A stretch of 64,000 bases of DNA from Bryobacterales bacterium (GTDB lineage: Bacteria > Acidobacteriota > Terriglobia > Bryobacterales > UBA6623), in the NCBI GenBank assembly GCA_965208945.1, contig OZ242366.1, positions 1,619,827 through 1,683,826 of the forward strand, in the 5' to 3' direction. The notes beneath the pieces are model-generated. The model made no database searches. It saw only the letters and a list, made by a program, of their open reading frames with translations, and had not been told where the DNA came from. Position 1 is the stretch's first letter. The number at the start of each line of letters is the position of its first letter. This document shows positions 56,014-64,000 of this stretch, one piece after another. The translations under genes and the position numbers were made by a program.

Positions 56014-58677
56014 CTGAGGGCGTTCTCCTCGTGTGCCCTTCTCTTTCTCGCCGCGAGCGTACTGCTGAACCCCGTGGTCGCCTGGCCGCAGGAATCCAAA
56101 GCGGACTGGGCCTCGGGACTGCCCCCGGCGGCTGCCGTGCAGGTCGATTTCTCGCGGGACATCGCCCCCGTCTTCCAGGCGAACTGCGTTGCCTGTCACG
56201 GTCCGGCGCAGCAGATGAATGGTCTCCGCCTCGACAGCCCGGAGCGGGCCTTGCAAGGGGGCTATTCGGGACCCGTCATCAAGCCCGGTGACAGCGCCGC
56301 CAGCAAGCTCGTCCTGCTCGTTGCCGGCGTGCCGGCTCCGGGACACAAGGAAGGTCTTGTCATGCCGCCCGCCGGGGAGCGGCTGAGCGCCGGGCAAGTC
56401 GGTTTGCTGCGGGCATGGATCGATCAGGGAGCGCGGTGGGCGGAAGCCCCGAAGCCGGCCGTCGCTGAGGCGCAAGAGCGATCACCTGCGAACAGCAGCC
56501 ACTGGGCTTTTATTCCGCCGAGCCGGCCGGAGTTGCCCGATGTGCAACAGGGCGATTGGGTCAGGAATCCGATTGATGCCTTCATCCTGCGCCGGCTCGA
56601 GGCGGAGGGCATCCAACCCTCCCCCGAAGCCGACCGAAACACGCTCGTTCGGCGCCTGAGCTTCGATCTGATCGGACTTCCTCCGACCCCCGGGGAAGTG
56701 GCTGCCTTCCTGGCGGACGAGCGCCCCGAAGCCTACGAGGAACTGGTCGGCCGTCTCCTGGATTCGCCGCACTACGGCGAGAAATGGGCGCGTCACTGGC
56801 TCGACTTGGCGCGCTATGCAGACAGCGACGGCTACGAGACCGACCAGCTCCGTCCGAACGCATGGCGCTATCGCCACTGGCTCGTCGAGACCCTCAACCG
56901 GGATATGCCCTTCAATCAGTTCACGATCGAGCAAATCGCAGGCGACTTGCTGCCTGGAGCGACCTTGCGGCAGAGAGTGGCAACCGGCTTTCAGCGAAAC
57001 ACCCTCAGCAACCGCGAGGGCGGCGCCGATCTCGAGGAGTTCCGCACCGAGCAGGTCGTTGATCGCGCGGCCACTCTGGGCACCGTCTGGCTGGGCCTGA
57101 CGGTCGGCTGCGCCCGCTGCCACGACCACAAGTACGACCCCGTCAGCCAGCAGGAGTTCTACCAGCTCTACGCCTTCTTCAACAGCGCCGACGAGCTGAA
57201 CATCGACGCGCCGTTGCCCGGCGAGATGGGCCCCTACCTCAGCACACGGGCCGAGTATGAGAGCAAGAGGCGTGAACTGCTGGCTCCCCTCGAAACCGGG
57301 ATTGCCGAGTTGCAGGCCGCTTGGGAGAAGAGGCTGCTGGAAACCGAGGCGAACCCGGGCCGCGACCACCTTTGGGACCGCGCCTGGGAGGTTCTGGGGC
57401 TGGTATGGGGCGGCGGGCTGGGCGAAGGCCAGCTCGAAGGGCAGCGGATCGTCAATCTCGACCCGTCCCGGCGAACCAAAGACCAGGCCGAGCGCTTGCG
57501 TGACTACTTCATCAAGTACGGCTCCATCATCGACAAGGAGCGCTACGAGGAGCTGAAGCTCAAGGAACTCAGCGGGAAGCTCGCCGAGCTGGCCAAGTCC
57601 TATCCGAAACTCACGCGGGCGCCGACCCTGGTCGAGAACCCCCGGGGACGGCGGACCTACATCCATCTGCGCGGCTATTTTCGCAACCACGGGATCGAAG
57701 TGGCGCCGGGCGCGCCGGCGGTGCTGCACCCGTTGCCCGCCGATCCGGAACCGAACCGTCTCACCCTGGCGCGCTGGATCGTGGCGGACGGCAACCCTCT
57801 GACCGCGCGCGTGACCGTCAACCGGGCCTGGCAGGAGCTGTTCGGCCGCGGCATCGTCTTCACGTCCGACGACTTTGGGCGGCGGGGCGAAAAACCCTCT
57901 CATCCGGAGCTGCTCGATTGGCTCGCCACCGAGTTCGTTCGACAGGGTTGGAGCCTCAAGAAGCTCCACAAGCTGATCGTGATGTCGGCCGCGTACCGTC
58001 AATCGTCGAAGGCACGCCCGGCATTGGACGTGCGGGACCCCGGCAACGTGCTGCTTGCGCGGCAGTCTCGCGTGCGGCTGCCGGCGGAGGCGGTGCGCGA
58101 CGCCTCGCTGGCGGTCAGCGGCTTGCTGAACACCGCGGTCGGCGGTCCCGCCGTGCGGCCCCCTCAGCCGGAAAGCGTCATCATGGAGTCGTTCGAAGTC
58201 CCCTGGGAGGTGGACGAAGGCCCCGACCGGTATCGCCGCGGACTCTACACCTTCATCCAGCGGACCGCCCCGTTCGCCCAGTCGGTGACGTTCGATCTGC
58301 CGGACCCGGGACAAACGTGCAGCCGTCGGGATCGCTCGAATACGCCCCTGCAGTCCCTGACCTTGCTGAACGATCCGGTTTTTTTCGAGGCCGCCCAGGC
58401 GCTTGCCGCGCGTGTCCTGACCGAGCAGCAGGGCGGCTTCTCCGAACGAATCGACTATGCCTTCCGTCTCTGTCTGGCGCGGGAGCCTGACAGCGCCGAG
58501 CGCGATCGCCTGGCGGCCTACCTGCGCCACCAGAGCGGGATTCTCGATCAGGAACCGGACAACCCCGAGGCGATGCTGCCGCTCGAGGTGGAAGGAGTGG
58601 ATCGAAATCAGGGGGCCGCCTGGGTCGCGCTCAGCAGTGTCCTGCTGAATCTCGACGAGTTCATCACGCGGGAATGA
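55846..58677 (+). CDS. PSCyt (CxxCH) - DUF1549 - DUF1553 protein; 5' end uncertain
   Basis: NCVACHGP haem-c motif. DUF1549-like (NPIDAFI..L...G) and DUF1553-like (GCARCHDHKYDP) blocks. The signal-like segment AFSSCALLFLAASVLLNPVVAWPQ starts only at about 56020, and every in-frame ATG/GTG/TTG upstream of it (55759, 55846 ...) lies inside repeat unit A or B (55759 in A, 55846 in B). Confidence 0.82.
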   Translation: MIDLHISPCGEAKWVRGPSGLGASRAEEKGPHRLACATGSVRFFTNHETRNTNHGLLRAFSSCALLFLAASVLLNPVVAWPQESKADWASGLPPAAAVQVDFSRDIAPVFQANCVACHGPAQQMNGLRLDSPERALQGGYSGPVIKPGDSAASKLVLLVAGVPAPGHKEGLVMPPAGERLSAGQVGLLRAWIDQGARWAEAPKPAVAEAQERSPANSSHWAFIPPSRPELPDVQQGDWVRNPIDAFILRRLEAEGIQPSPEADRNTLVRRLSFDLIGLPPTPGEVAAFLADERPEAYEELVGRLLDSPHYGEKWARHWLDLARYADSDGYETDQLRPNAWRYRHWLVETLNRDMPFNQFTIEQIAGDLLPGATLRQRVATGFQRNTLSNREGGADLEEFRTEQVVDRAATLGTVWLGLTVGCARCHDHKYDPVSQQEFYQLYAFFNSADELNIDAPLPGEMGPYLSTRAEYESKRRELLAPLETGIAELQAAWEKRLLETEANPGRDHLWDRAWEVLGLVWGGGLGEGQLEGQRIVNLDPSRRTKDQAERLRDYFIKYGSIIDKERYEELKLKELSGKLAELAKSYPKLTRAPTLVENPRGRRTYIHLRGYFRNHGIEVAPGAPAVLHPLPADPEPNRLTLARWIVADGNPLTARVTVNRAWQELFGRGIVFTSDDFGRRGEKPSHPELLDWLATEFVRQGWSLKKLHKLIVMSAAYRQSSKARPALDVRDPGNVLLARQSRVRLPAEAVRDASLAVSGLLNTAVGGPAVRPPQPESVIMESFEVPWEVDEGPDRYRRGLYTFIQRTAPFAQSVTFDLPDPGQTCSRRDRSNTPLQSLTLLNDPVFFEAAQALAARVLTEQQGGFSERIDYAFRLCLAREPDSAERDRLAAYLRHQSGILDQEPDNPEAMLPLEVEGVDRNQGAAWVALSSVLLNLDEFITRE

Positions 58678-60122
58678 TCATGGATTTTGAACGAATGACG
58701 GACCTCCGGTCCCGCCGGAGCTTTCTTTGGGACTGCGCTTCCGGCGTGGGCATGATGGGGCTGGCTCACCTGCTGGCGCTCGAAGGCCGGACCGCCGATG
58801 CGCGCTCGTCGCTCAATCCGATGGCGCCCCGCGAGCCGCACTTCGAGCCCAGGGCCAAGAGCATCATCTACCTGTTCATGTCGGGCGCCCCCAGCCAGGT
58901 GGACCTCTTTGACCCGAAGCCGAAACTCCGCGAGTGGCACGGCAAGCCGGTGCCCGAATCGTTGCTGAAGGACTTGACCGATACCGTCCTGAAGGGCGGC
59001 ATGGCCATGGGCAGCCCGCGGGAATTCAAGCGCTACGGCCAGGCCGGGATGCACTTTTCCGATTATTTGCCCCACATCGCGCCCTGGGCCGACGACATCT
59101 GCATGATCCGCTCGATGTACACCGAGCACGCCAATCATCACCCGGCGCAATTGCTGATGAACTGCGGCGTCCCCCGCCAGGGCCATCCGTCTCTCGGCTC
59201 GTGGCTGGCCTACGGCTTGGGCAGCGAATCGCAGAGCCTGCCGGGTTTCGTCGTGATGACATCCAGCTCCGGAAAGGGCATCGAGGGCGGCGCGTCGCTC
59301 TGGTCGAACGGCTTTCTGCCGTCCACCTATCGCGGCGTGACGTTTCGCAGCCAGGGCGATCCGATCCTGCACGTCTCCAATCCCGATGGGGTCAGCGATC
59401 GTACGCAGCGTGCCCGCCTCGACATCCTCAAAGACCTCAATGAGCGCCACTACCAGCGGACCGGCGACGTCGAGATCAACTCCCGCATCGCCGCCTACGA
59501 GCTGGCGTTCCGCATGCAAACCGCTACGCCGGAACTGACCGATTTCTCCCGCGAGTCGGAAGACACGCTCGAGATGTACGGCATCAACGATGAAACGACG
59601 CGGCCGTTCGCGACCAACTGCCTGCTGGCGCGAAGGATGGTCGAGCGCGGCGTTCGGGTCGTGCAGCTCTATCACTCCACCTGGGACGATCACAGCGACC
59701 TGAACAAGAACTTGAAGAAGAACTGTGACATGACCGACAAGCCCTCCGCGGCGCTGCTCGCGGACCTCAAGCAGCGGGGCTTGCTCGACGACACGCTCCT
59801 GGTCTGGGGCGGCGAATTCGGACGCACCCCGATGAACGAGTTTCGTCGCGGCAACACGCCGGGCAAGGAGGGCCGCGACCATCATCCGTATTGCTTCAGC
59901 TTGTGGCTGGCCGGAGGCGGCATCAAGGGCGGTCAGGTCATCGGCGAGACCGACGAGTTCGGCTATCACATCGTCGAGGACAGGATTCACGTCCACGACT
60001 TCCAGGCGACCCTGCTGCACTGCCTCGGGCTGGACCATACGAAGCTGACCTACCGGCATCAGGGGCGCGATTTCCGGCTCACGGATGTCGGCGGCGAGGT
60101 GGTGCGGAAGCTGTTGGCCTGA
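58674..60122 (+). CDS. DUF1501 (sulfatase-fold) protein with twin-arginine signal
   Basis: RSRRSFLWDCASGVGMMG Tat signal and DUF1501 blocks (FMSGAPSQVDLFDPKP, GGEFGRTP, GRDHHP). The start overlaps the upstream stop (ATGA). Confidence 0.9.
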   Translation: MIMDFERMTDLRSRRSFLWDCASGVGMMGLAHLLALEGRTADARSSLNPMAPREPHFEPRAKSIIYLFMSGAPSQVDLFDPKPKLREWHGKPVPESLLKDLTDTVLKGGMAMGSPREFKRYGQAGMHFSDYLPHIAPWADDICMIRSMYTEHANHHPAQLLMNCGVPRQGHPSLGSWLAYGLGSESQSLPGFVVMTSSSGKGIEGGASLWSNGFLPSTYRGVTFRSQGDPILHVSNPDGVSDRTQRARLDILKDLNERHYQRTGDVEINSRIAAYELAFRMQTATPELTDFSRESEDTLEMYGINDETTRPFATNCLLARRMVERGVRVVQLYHSTWDDHSDLNKNLKKNCDMTDKPSAALLADLKQRGLLDDTLLVWGGEFGRTPMNEFRRGNTPGKEGRDHHPYCFSLWLAGGGIKGGQVIGETDEFGYHIVEDRIHVHDFQATLLHCLGLDHTKLTYRHQGRDFRLTDVGGEVVRKLLA

Positions 60123-60156
60123 GCATGACCGCGCATCGGGTTTCAGATCGAGTGGC

Positions 60157-60340
60157 TGGCCTGCATGTCTCACCACGTGGCGAGGTGAAGTGGGTGAGAG
60201 GGCCGTCAGGACGAGGCGCGCGCGGCTTGGCGCGCGCAGGCGTACTTGAACCGTACGTTGAGCACGGCAAGCAAGCGCAACGAAGTCATGGCGGTCGTCT
60301 CGCGTGCTCCGACCGTCATGTGGTGAGACATGCAGGCTAA
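60157..60340 (+). repeat. R1 hairpin element, complete, inserted in the 5' end of the second DUF1501 gene
   Basis: tggcctgcatgtctcaccacgtggcgaggtgaagtgggtgagagggccgtcaggacgagg ... cgaccgtcatgtggtgagacatgcaggctaa. Confidence 0.92.
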
Positions 60341-61799
60341 TCCGCGTATCGCAGACCCGGACGGGGCTCTTCCCATCGACACTCGGCGGCGATTTCTCGA
60401 GGAGTGCGCCGGCGGCATCGGTCTCGCTGCGCTCTGGCATCTGATGGCGGGCGAGGGCCGCGCGGCCGGCCCGTTGCCCGCCGTCAATCCGATGGCGCCC
60501 AGGGCTCCGCATTTCGCGCCCACGGCCAGGAACGTCATCTTCTTCTTCATGGCTGGCGCCCCCAGCCAGCTCGACCTGTTCGATCCCAAGCCCGCGATGC
60601 GGAAGTGGCAAGGCCAGGGGTTGCCCGCGTCGATGCAGGACGATCTGGTCGACAACTTCAAGAAGATCGCCAAGATCTGGGCGAGCCCGCGCGAGTTCAA
60701 GCCTTATGGGCAGTCCGGCATCGAGTTCTCCGACTTCGTCCCCCACATGGGAACGTGCGCCGACGACATCTGCATGGTGCGTTCGATGTACACGGACGTG
60801 ACCAACCATCACCCCGGCCAGTTGCTGATGAACTGCGGCGTCCCGATGTTCGGCCGGCCTTCGATGGGCTCATGGGTGACCTACGGGCTGGGCAGCGAGT
60901 CCGCGAACCTTCCCGGCTACGTCGTGCTCACGTCGAAGTCCGGCAAGACCGGCATCGCCGGAGGCACGTCCAACTGGTCGAGCGGGTTTCTGCCCTCGAC
61001 CTATCGCGGTGTCACGTTCCGCAGCAGCGGTGACGCCGTGCTGCACCTGTCCAGCCCCGGCGGCGTCAGCCGCCTCACCCAGCGGGCGCGGCTGGACGCC
61101 CTGCGTGACCTCAACCGCAAGCGCCGCCTCGCGACCGGCGATGTCGAGATCGACTCCCGCATCGCCTCCTACGAGCTGGCGTTTCGCATGCAGGCGGCCG
61201 TCCCGGAATTGCAGGACTTCTCGAACGAACCGCAGTACATCCGCCGCATGTACGGCGTGGACGACGAGAAGACGCGCGCCTTCGGCGCCAACTGCCTGTT
61301 GGCGCGCCGGATGGTCGAGCGCGGCGTGCGGTTCGTCCAGATCTACCATTCGACGTGGGACGACCACAAGGACCTCATCAAGAACCACACCAAAAATTGC
61401 GAGATCACCGACCGGCCCACGGCCGCGCTCCTGAAGGATTTGAAGCAGCGCGGCCTGCTGGACTCGACCCTGGTAGTCTGGGGGGCCGAGTTCGGCCGCT
61501 CGCCGATGAACGAAGTGCGGCTGGCCAGCCCCGACCCGGGCCGCGAGGGCCGCGATCACCACGCCCTCGCGTTCACCACCTGGTTAGCCGGAGGCGGCGT
61601 AAAGCCCGGTCAGGTCGTAGGCAAGACCGACGACATCGGCTTCAACGTAGTGGAAGACAAGATGCACGTCCACGACCTGCAAGCCACCATCCTGCACTGC
61701 CTGGGCCTAGACCACACCCGCCTGACCTACCGCCACCAGGGCCGAGACTTCCGCCTAACCGACATCGGCGGCCAAGTAGCCAAGAAACTGCTGGCCTGA
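60330..61799 (+). CDS. DUF1501 protein, paralogue 2 (start codon lies inside R1)
   Basis: Co-linear with 58674-60122 (FMAGAPSQLDLFDPKP, GAEFGRSP, GRDHHA). Tat motif DTRRRFLEE. The only in-frame start is ATG 60330, because TGA at 60324 closes the frame upstream. Confidence 0.85.
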   Translation: MQANPRIADPDGALPIDTRRRFLEECAGGIGLAALWHLMAGEGRAAGPLPAVNPMAPRAPHFAPTARNVIFFFMAGAPSQLDLFDPKPAMRKWQGQGLPASMQDDLVDNFKKIAKIWASPREFKPYGQSGIEFSDFVPHMGTCADDICMVRSMYTDVTNHHPGQLLMNCGVPMFGRPSMGSWVTYGLGSESANLPGYVVLTSKSGKTGIAGGTSNWSSGFLPSTYRGVTFRSSGDAVLHLSSPGGVSRLTQRARLDALRDLNRKRRLATGDVEIDSRIASYELAFRMQAAVPELQDFSNEPQYIRRMYGVDDEKTRAFGANCLLARRMVERGVRFVQIYHSTWDDHKDLIKNHTKNCEITDRPTAALLKDLKQRGLLDSTLVVWGAEFGRSPMNEVRLASPDPGREGRDHHALAFTTWLAGGGVKPGQVVGKTDDIGFNVVEDKMHVHDLQATILHCLGLDHTRLTYRHQGRDFRLTDIGGQVAKKLLA

Positions 61800-61926
61800 C
61801 CTGCGTTGCTCCAGCCGCCGCCTCCGTCCGTATGGCAGAATTGAAACCCGTCCCATCGCCCGGCTTTGGAATGAGGGCGGCGCGGCGGTCTCTGTTCAAA
61901 ACCGGGAAGATCGGGAGGATCTGAGC

Positions 61927-63933
61927 TTGGAGGGAAGTCGACTCAACTGGATCGCCAGCTTCATCTGGGGCATCGCGGACGACGTGCTGCGCGACCTCTA
62001 CGTCCGCGGCAAGTACCGCGACGTGATCCTGCCGATGATGGTGTTGCGGCGGCTCGACGCGGTGCTCGAACGGAGCAAGAAGGACGTGCTCGATCTGAAG
62101 GCCCGCCTCGACGAGGCCGGGATCGTCGATCAGGACCAGGCGCTGCGCCAGGCCGCCGGTCAGGCGTTCTACAACACCTCGAAGTTCACGCTGCGCGACC
62201 TCAGGGCCCGCGCCAGCCAACAGCAGCTCAAGGCCGACTTCGAGGCCTATCTCGACGGCTTCTCGCCGAACGTCCAGGACATTTTGGAGAACTTCGAGTT
62301 TCGCAATCAGATCCCGAAGCTCTCGAAGGCCGACGCACTCGGCACGTTGATCGAGAAGTTCCTGTCGCAGGACGTGAACCTCAGCCCCCACCCGGTCCGC
62401 TACAGCGACGGCTCGGTCAAGCACCCCGGCCTGGACAACCACGCGATGGGCACCATCTTCGAGGAGCTGGTCCGCCGCTTCAACGAGGAGAACAACGAGG
62501 AGGCCGGCGAGCACTGGACCCCGCGCGATGCCGTGCGCCTGATGGCGAAGCTCGTTTTCCTGCCCGTCGCCGACCGGATCGACTCCGGAACCTATCTGGT
62601 GTACGACGGTGCCTGCGGCACCGGCGGCATGTTGACGGTGGCCGAGGAGACCTTGGCGCAGATCGCCGGACAGCGCGGCAAACAGGTCTCCACCCATCTC
62701 TACGGCCAGGAGATCAACTCCGAGACCTACGCCATCGCCAAGGCGGATCTCCTCCTCAAGGGCGAGGGGGCCGCCGCCGACAACATCGTCGGGGGGCCGG
62801 AACACTCGACGCTCGCCAACGACGCCTTCCCTTCCCGCGAGTTCGACTTCATGCTCTCGAATCCCCCCTACGGCAAGAGCTGGAAGAGCGACATGGAGCG
62901 GATGGGCGGCAAGAAGGAGATGCGTGACACGCGATTCGTGATCGAGCACGCCGGCGATCCCGAATATTCCCTGATCACCCGTTCCAGCGACGGCCAGATG
63001 CTGTTCCTTGCCAACAAGCTCTCCAAGATGAAGCAGCACACGCCGCTCGGCAGCCGCATCGCCGAGGTCCACAACGGCTCGTCGCTCTTCACCGGCGACG
63101 CCGGCCAGGGCGAGAGCAACATCCGCCGCTGGATCATCGAGAACGACTGGCTCGAAGCCATCGTCGCCCTGCCGCTCAACATGTTCTACAACACCGGCAT
63201 CGCCACCTACATTTGGGTGCTCACCAACCGCAAGCCCGACCATCGGCGCGGGAAGGTCCAGCTCATCGACGCCGCGCAGTGGTTCAAGCCGCTCCGCAAG
63301 AACCTCGGCAAAAAGAACTGCGAGCTGTCGGAGGATGACATCGCCCGCATCTGCGACACGTTCCTCGCTTTCGAGGAAACCGAGCAGTCCAGGATCTTCC
63401 CGAACGCCGCCTTCGGCTACTGGAAGGTGACGGTCGAGCGGCCGTTGCGCATCGTAGACATCGACCCGAACCGCGCCTACAAGCCGGCGGAAATCAAGCA
63501 ACTCAAGGAGAGCGGCGAGCGCAACGAAGAAGCGCCGCCCGTCATCCGCAAGATTCACAAGCGGAGCACGAAAGCCGACCCGCTGCGCGGCCGGTTCACC
63601 GCCGTAGTCAACGGCTGGCCCGCCGTGGTCGAGTACGAGCCGGACACCGACATGCGCGACACCGAGCAGATCCCGCTTCAGGAAGCCGGCGGCATCGAGG
63701 CGTTCCTGCGGCGCGAAGTGCTGCCCTACGCCGCAGATGCGTGGTATCAGGCCGACAGCGTAAAGACCGGCTATGAGATCAGTTTCACCCGCTACTTCTA
63801 TAAGCCGAAGCCGATGCGGACGCTGAAGGAGATCCGCGCCGACATCCTGGCGCTGGAGAAGGAGACCGAGGGGCTGCTGAGCGAGATCCTGGGCGAGACG
63901 CGTGAGGGTGCTGTCGGTGACGGCCGCTTTTGA
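61927..63933 (+). CDS. hsdM: type I restriction-modification system, DNA methyltransferase subunit
   Basis: The N-terminal HsdM_N block is FIWGIADDVLRDLYVRGKYRDVILPMMVLRRLD. The SAM motif is YDGACGTGGML and catalytic motif IV is LSNPPYG. TTG start. Confidence 0.93.
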   Translation: MEGSRLNWIASFIWGIADDVLRDLYVRGKYRDVILPMMVLRRLDAVLERSKKDVLDLKARLDEAGIVDQDQALRQAAGQAFYNTSKFTLRDLRARASQQQLKADFEAYLDGFSPNVQDILENFEFRNQIPKLSKADALGTLIEKFLSQDVNLSPHPVRYSDGSVKHPGLDNHAMGTIFEELVRRFNEENNEEAGEHWTPRDAVRLMAKLVFLPVADRIDSGTYLVYDGACGTGGMLTVAEETLAQIAGQRGKQVSTHLYGQEINSETYAIAKADLLLKGEGAAADNIVGGPEHSTLANDAFPSREFDFMLSNPPYGKSWKSDMERMGGKKEMRDTRFVIEHAGDPEYSLITRSSDGQMLFLANKLSKMKQHTPLGSRIAEVHNGSSLFTGDAGQGESNIRRWIIENDWLEAIVALPLNMFYNTGIATYIWVLTNRKPDHRRGKVQLIDAAQWFKPLRKNLGKKNCELSEDDIARICDTFLAFEETEQSRIFPNAAFGYWKVTVERPLRIVDIDPNRAYKPAEIKQLKESGERNEEAPPVIRKIHKRSTKADPLRGRFTAVVNGWPAVVEYEPDTDMRDTEQIPLQEAGGIEAFLRREVLPYAADAWYQADSVKTGYEISFTRYFYKPKPMRTLKEIRADILALEKETEGLLSEILGETREGAVGDGRF

Positions 63934-64000
63934 CACGGCGCACCTGTGGTTTAGTTTTACCCGCTAAACTGCTGCGAGGGTGCCGTTGGTAATGGCCGCC

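Overview
This is a high-GC bacterial chromosomal window. No database search was possible, so every call rests on reading the translated ORFs and the DNA. The gene content suggests an Acidobacteria- or Planctomycetes-type soil bacterium, but that is inference only; the relevant genes are a haem-motif PSCyt/DUF1549/DUF1553 protein with two DUF1501 partners, a signal-peptide TldD/PmbA pair, a large LmbE/PIG-L fusion and TctABC. About 45 credible protein genes are present. They are mostly housekeeping or transport genes: uvrA, xth, xseA, rpsA, an IHF/HU-like gene, pyrE, trkAH, tctABC, GntP, SSF and AI-2E permeases, fur, peptidases and oxidoreductases. There is also one tRNA-Lys(UUU), a VapBC-type toxin-antitoxin pair and a type I R-M methylase (hsdM) at the right edge. 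The unusual content is non-coding and mobile. (1) 'R1' is a family of about 185-270 bp, TA-flanked, long-hairpin elements with at least 16 copies or fragments. Every copy lies in the same orientation on the + strand. They sit at gene boundaries: one splits the 5' end of a DUF1501 gene and donates its only remaining start codon, and two sit in stop codons. (2) R1 is associated with a variable-number heptamer tract, (CACGARA)n. (3) 'R3' is a second, roughly 262 bp TA-targeting MITE, found once nested inside an R1 copy. (4) A nested mobile cluster at 49.8-52.5 kb contains an intact IS630 element, an R3 copy, and an IS110-family element inserted into the R3 terminal repeat at a CT core. The non-coding left end of that IS110 element carries short sequences matching both the insertion site and its own ends, which is the bridge-RNA architecture. 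(5) A roughly 1 kb gene-free repeat island lies at 16.2-17.1 kb. Two pseudogenes are also present: a HIT-family gene and an IS630 transposase remnant.
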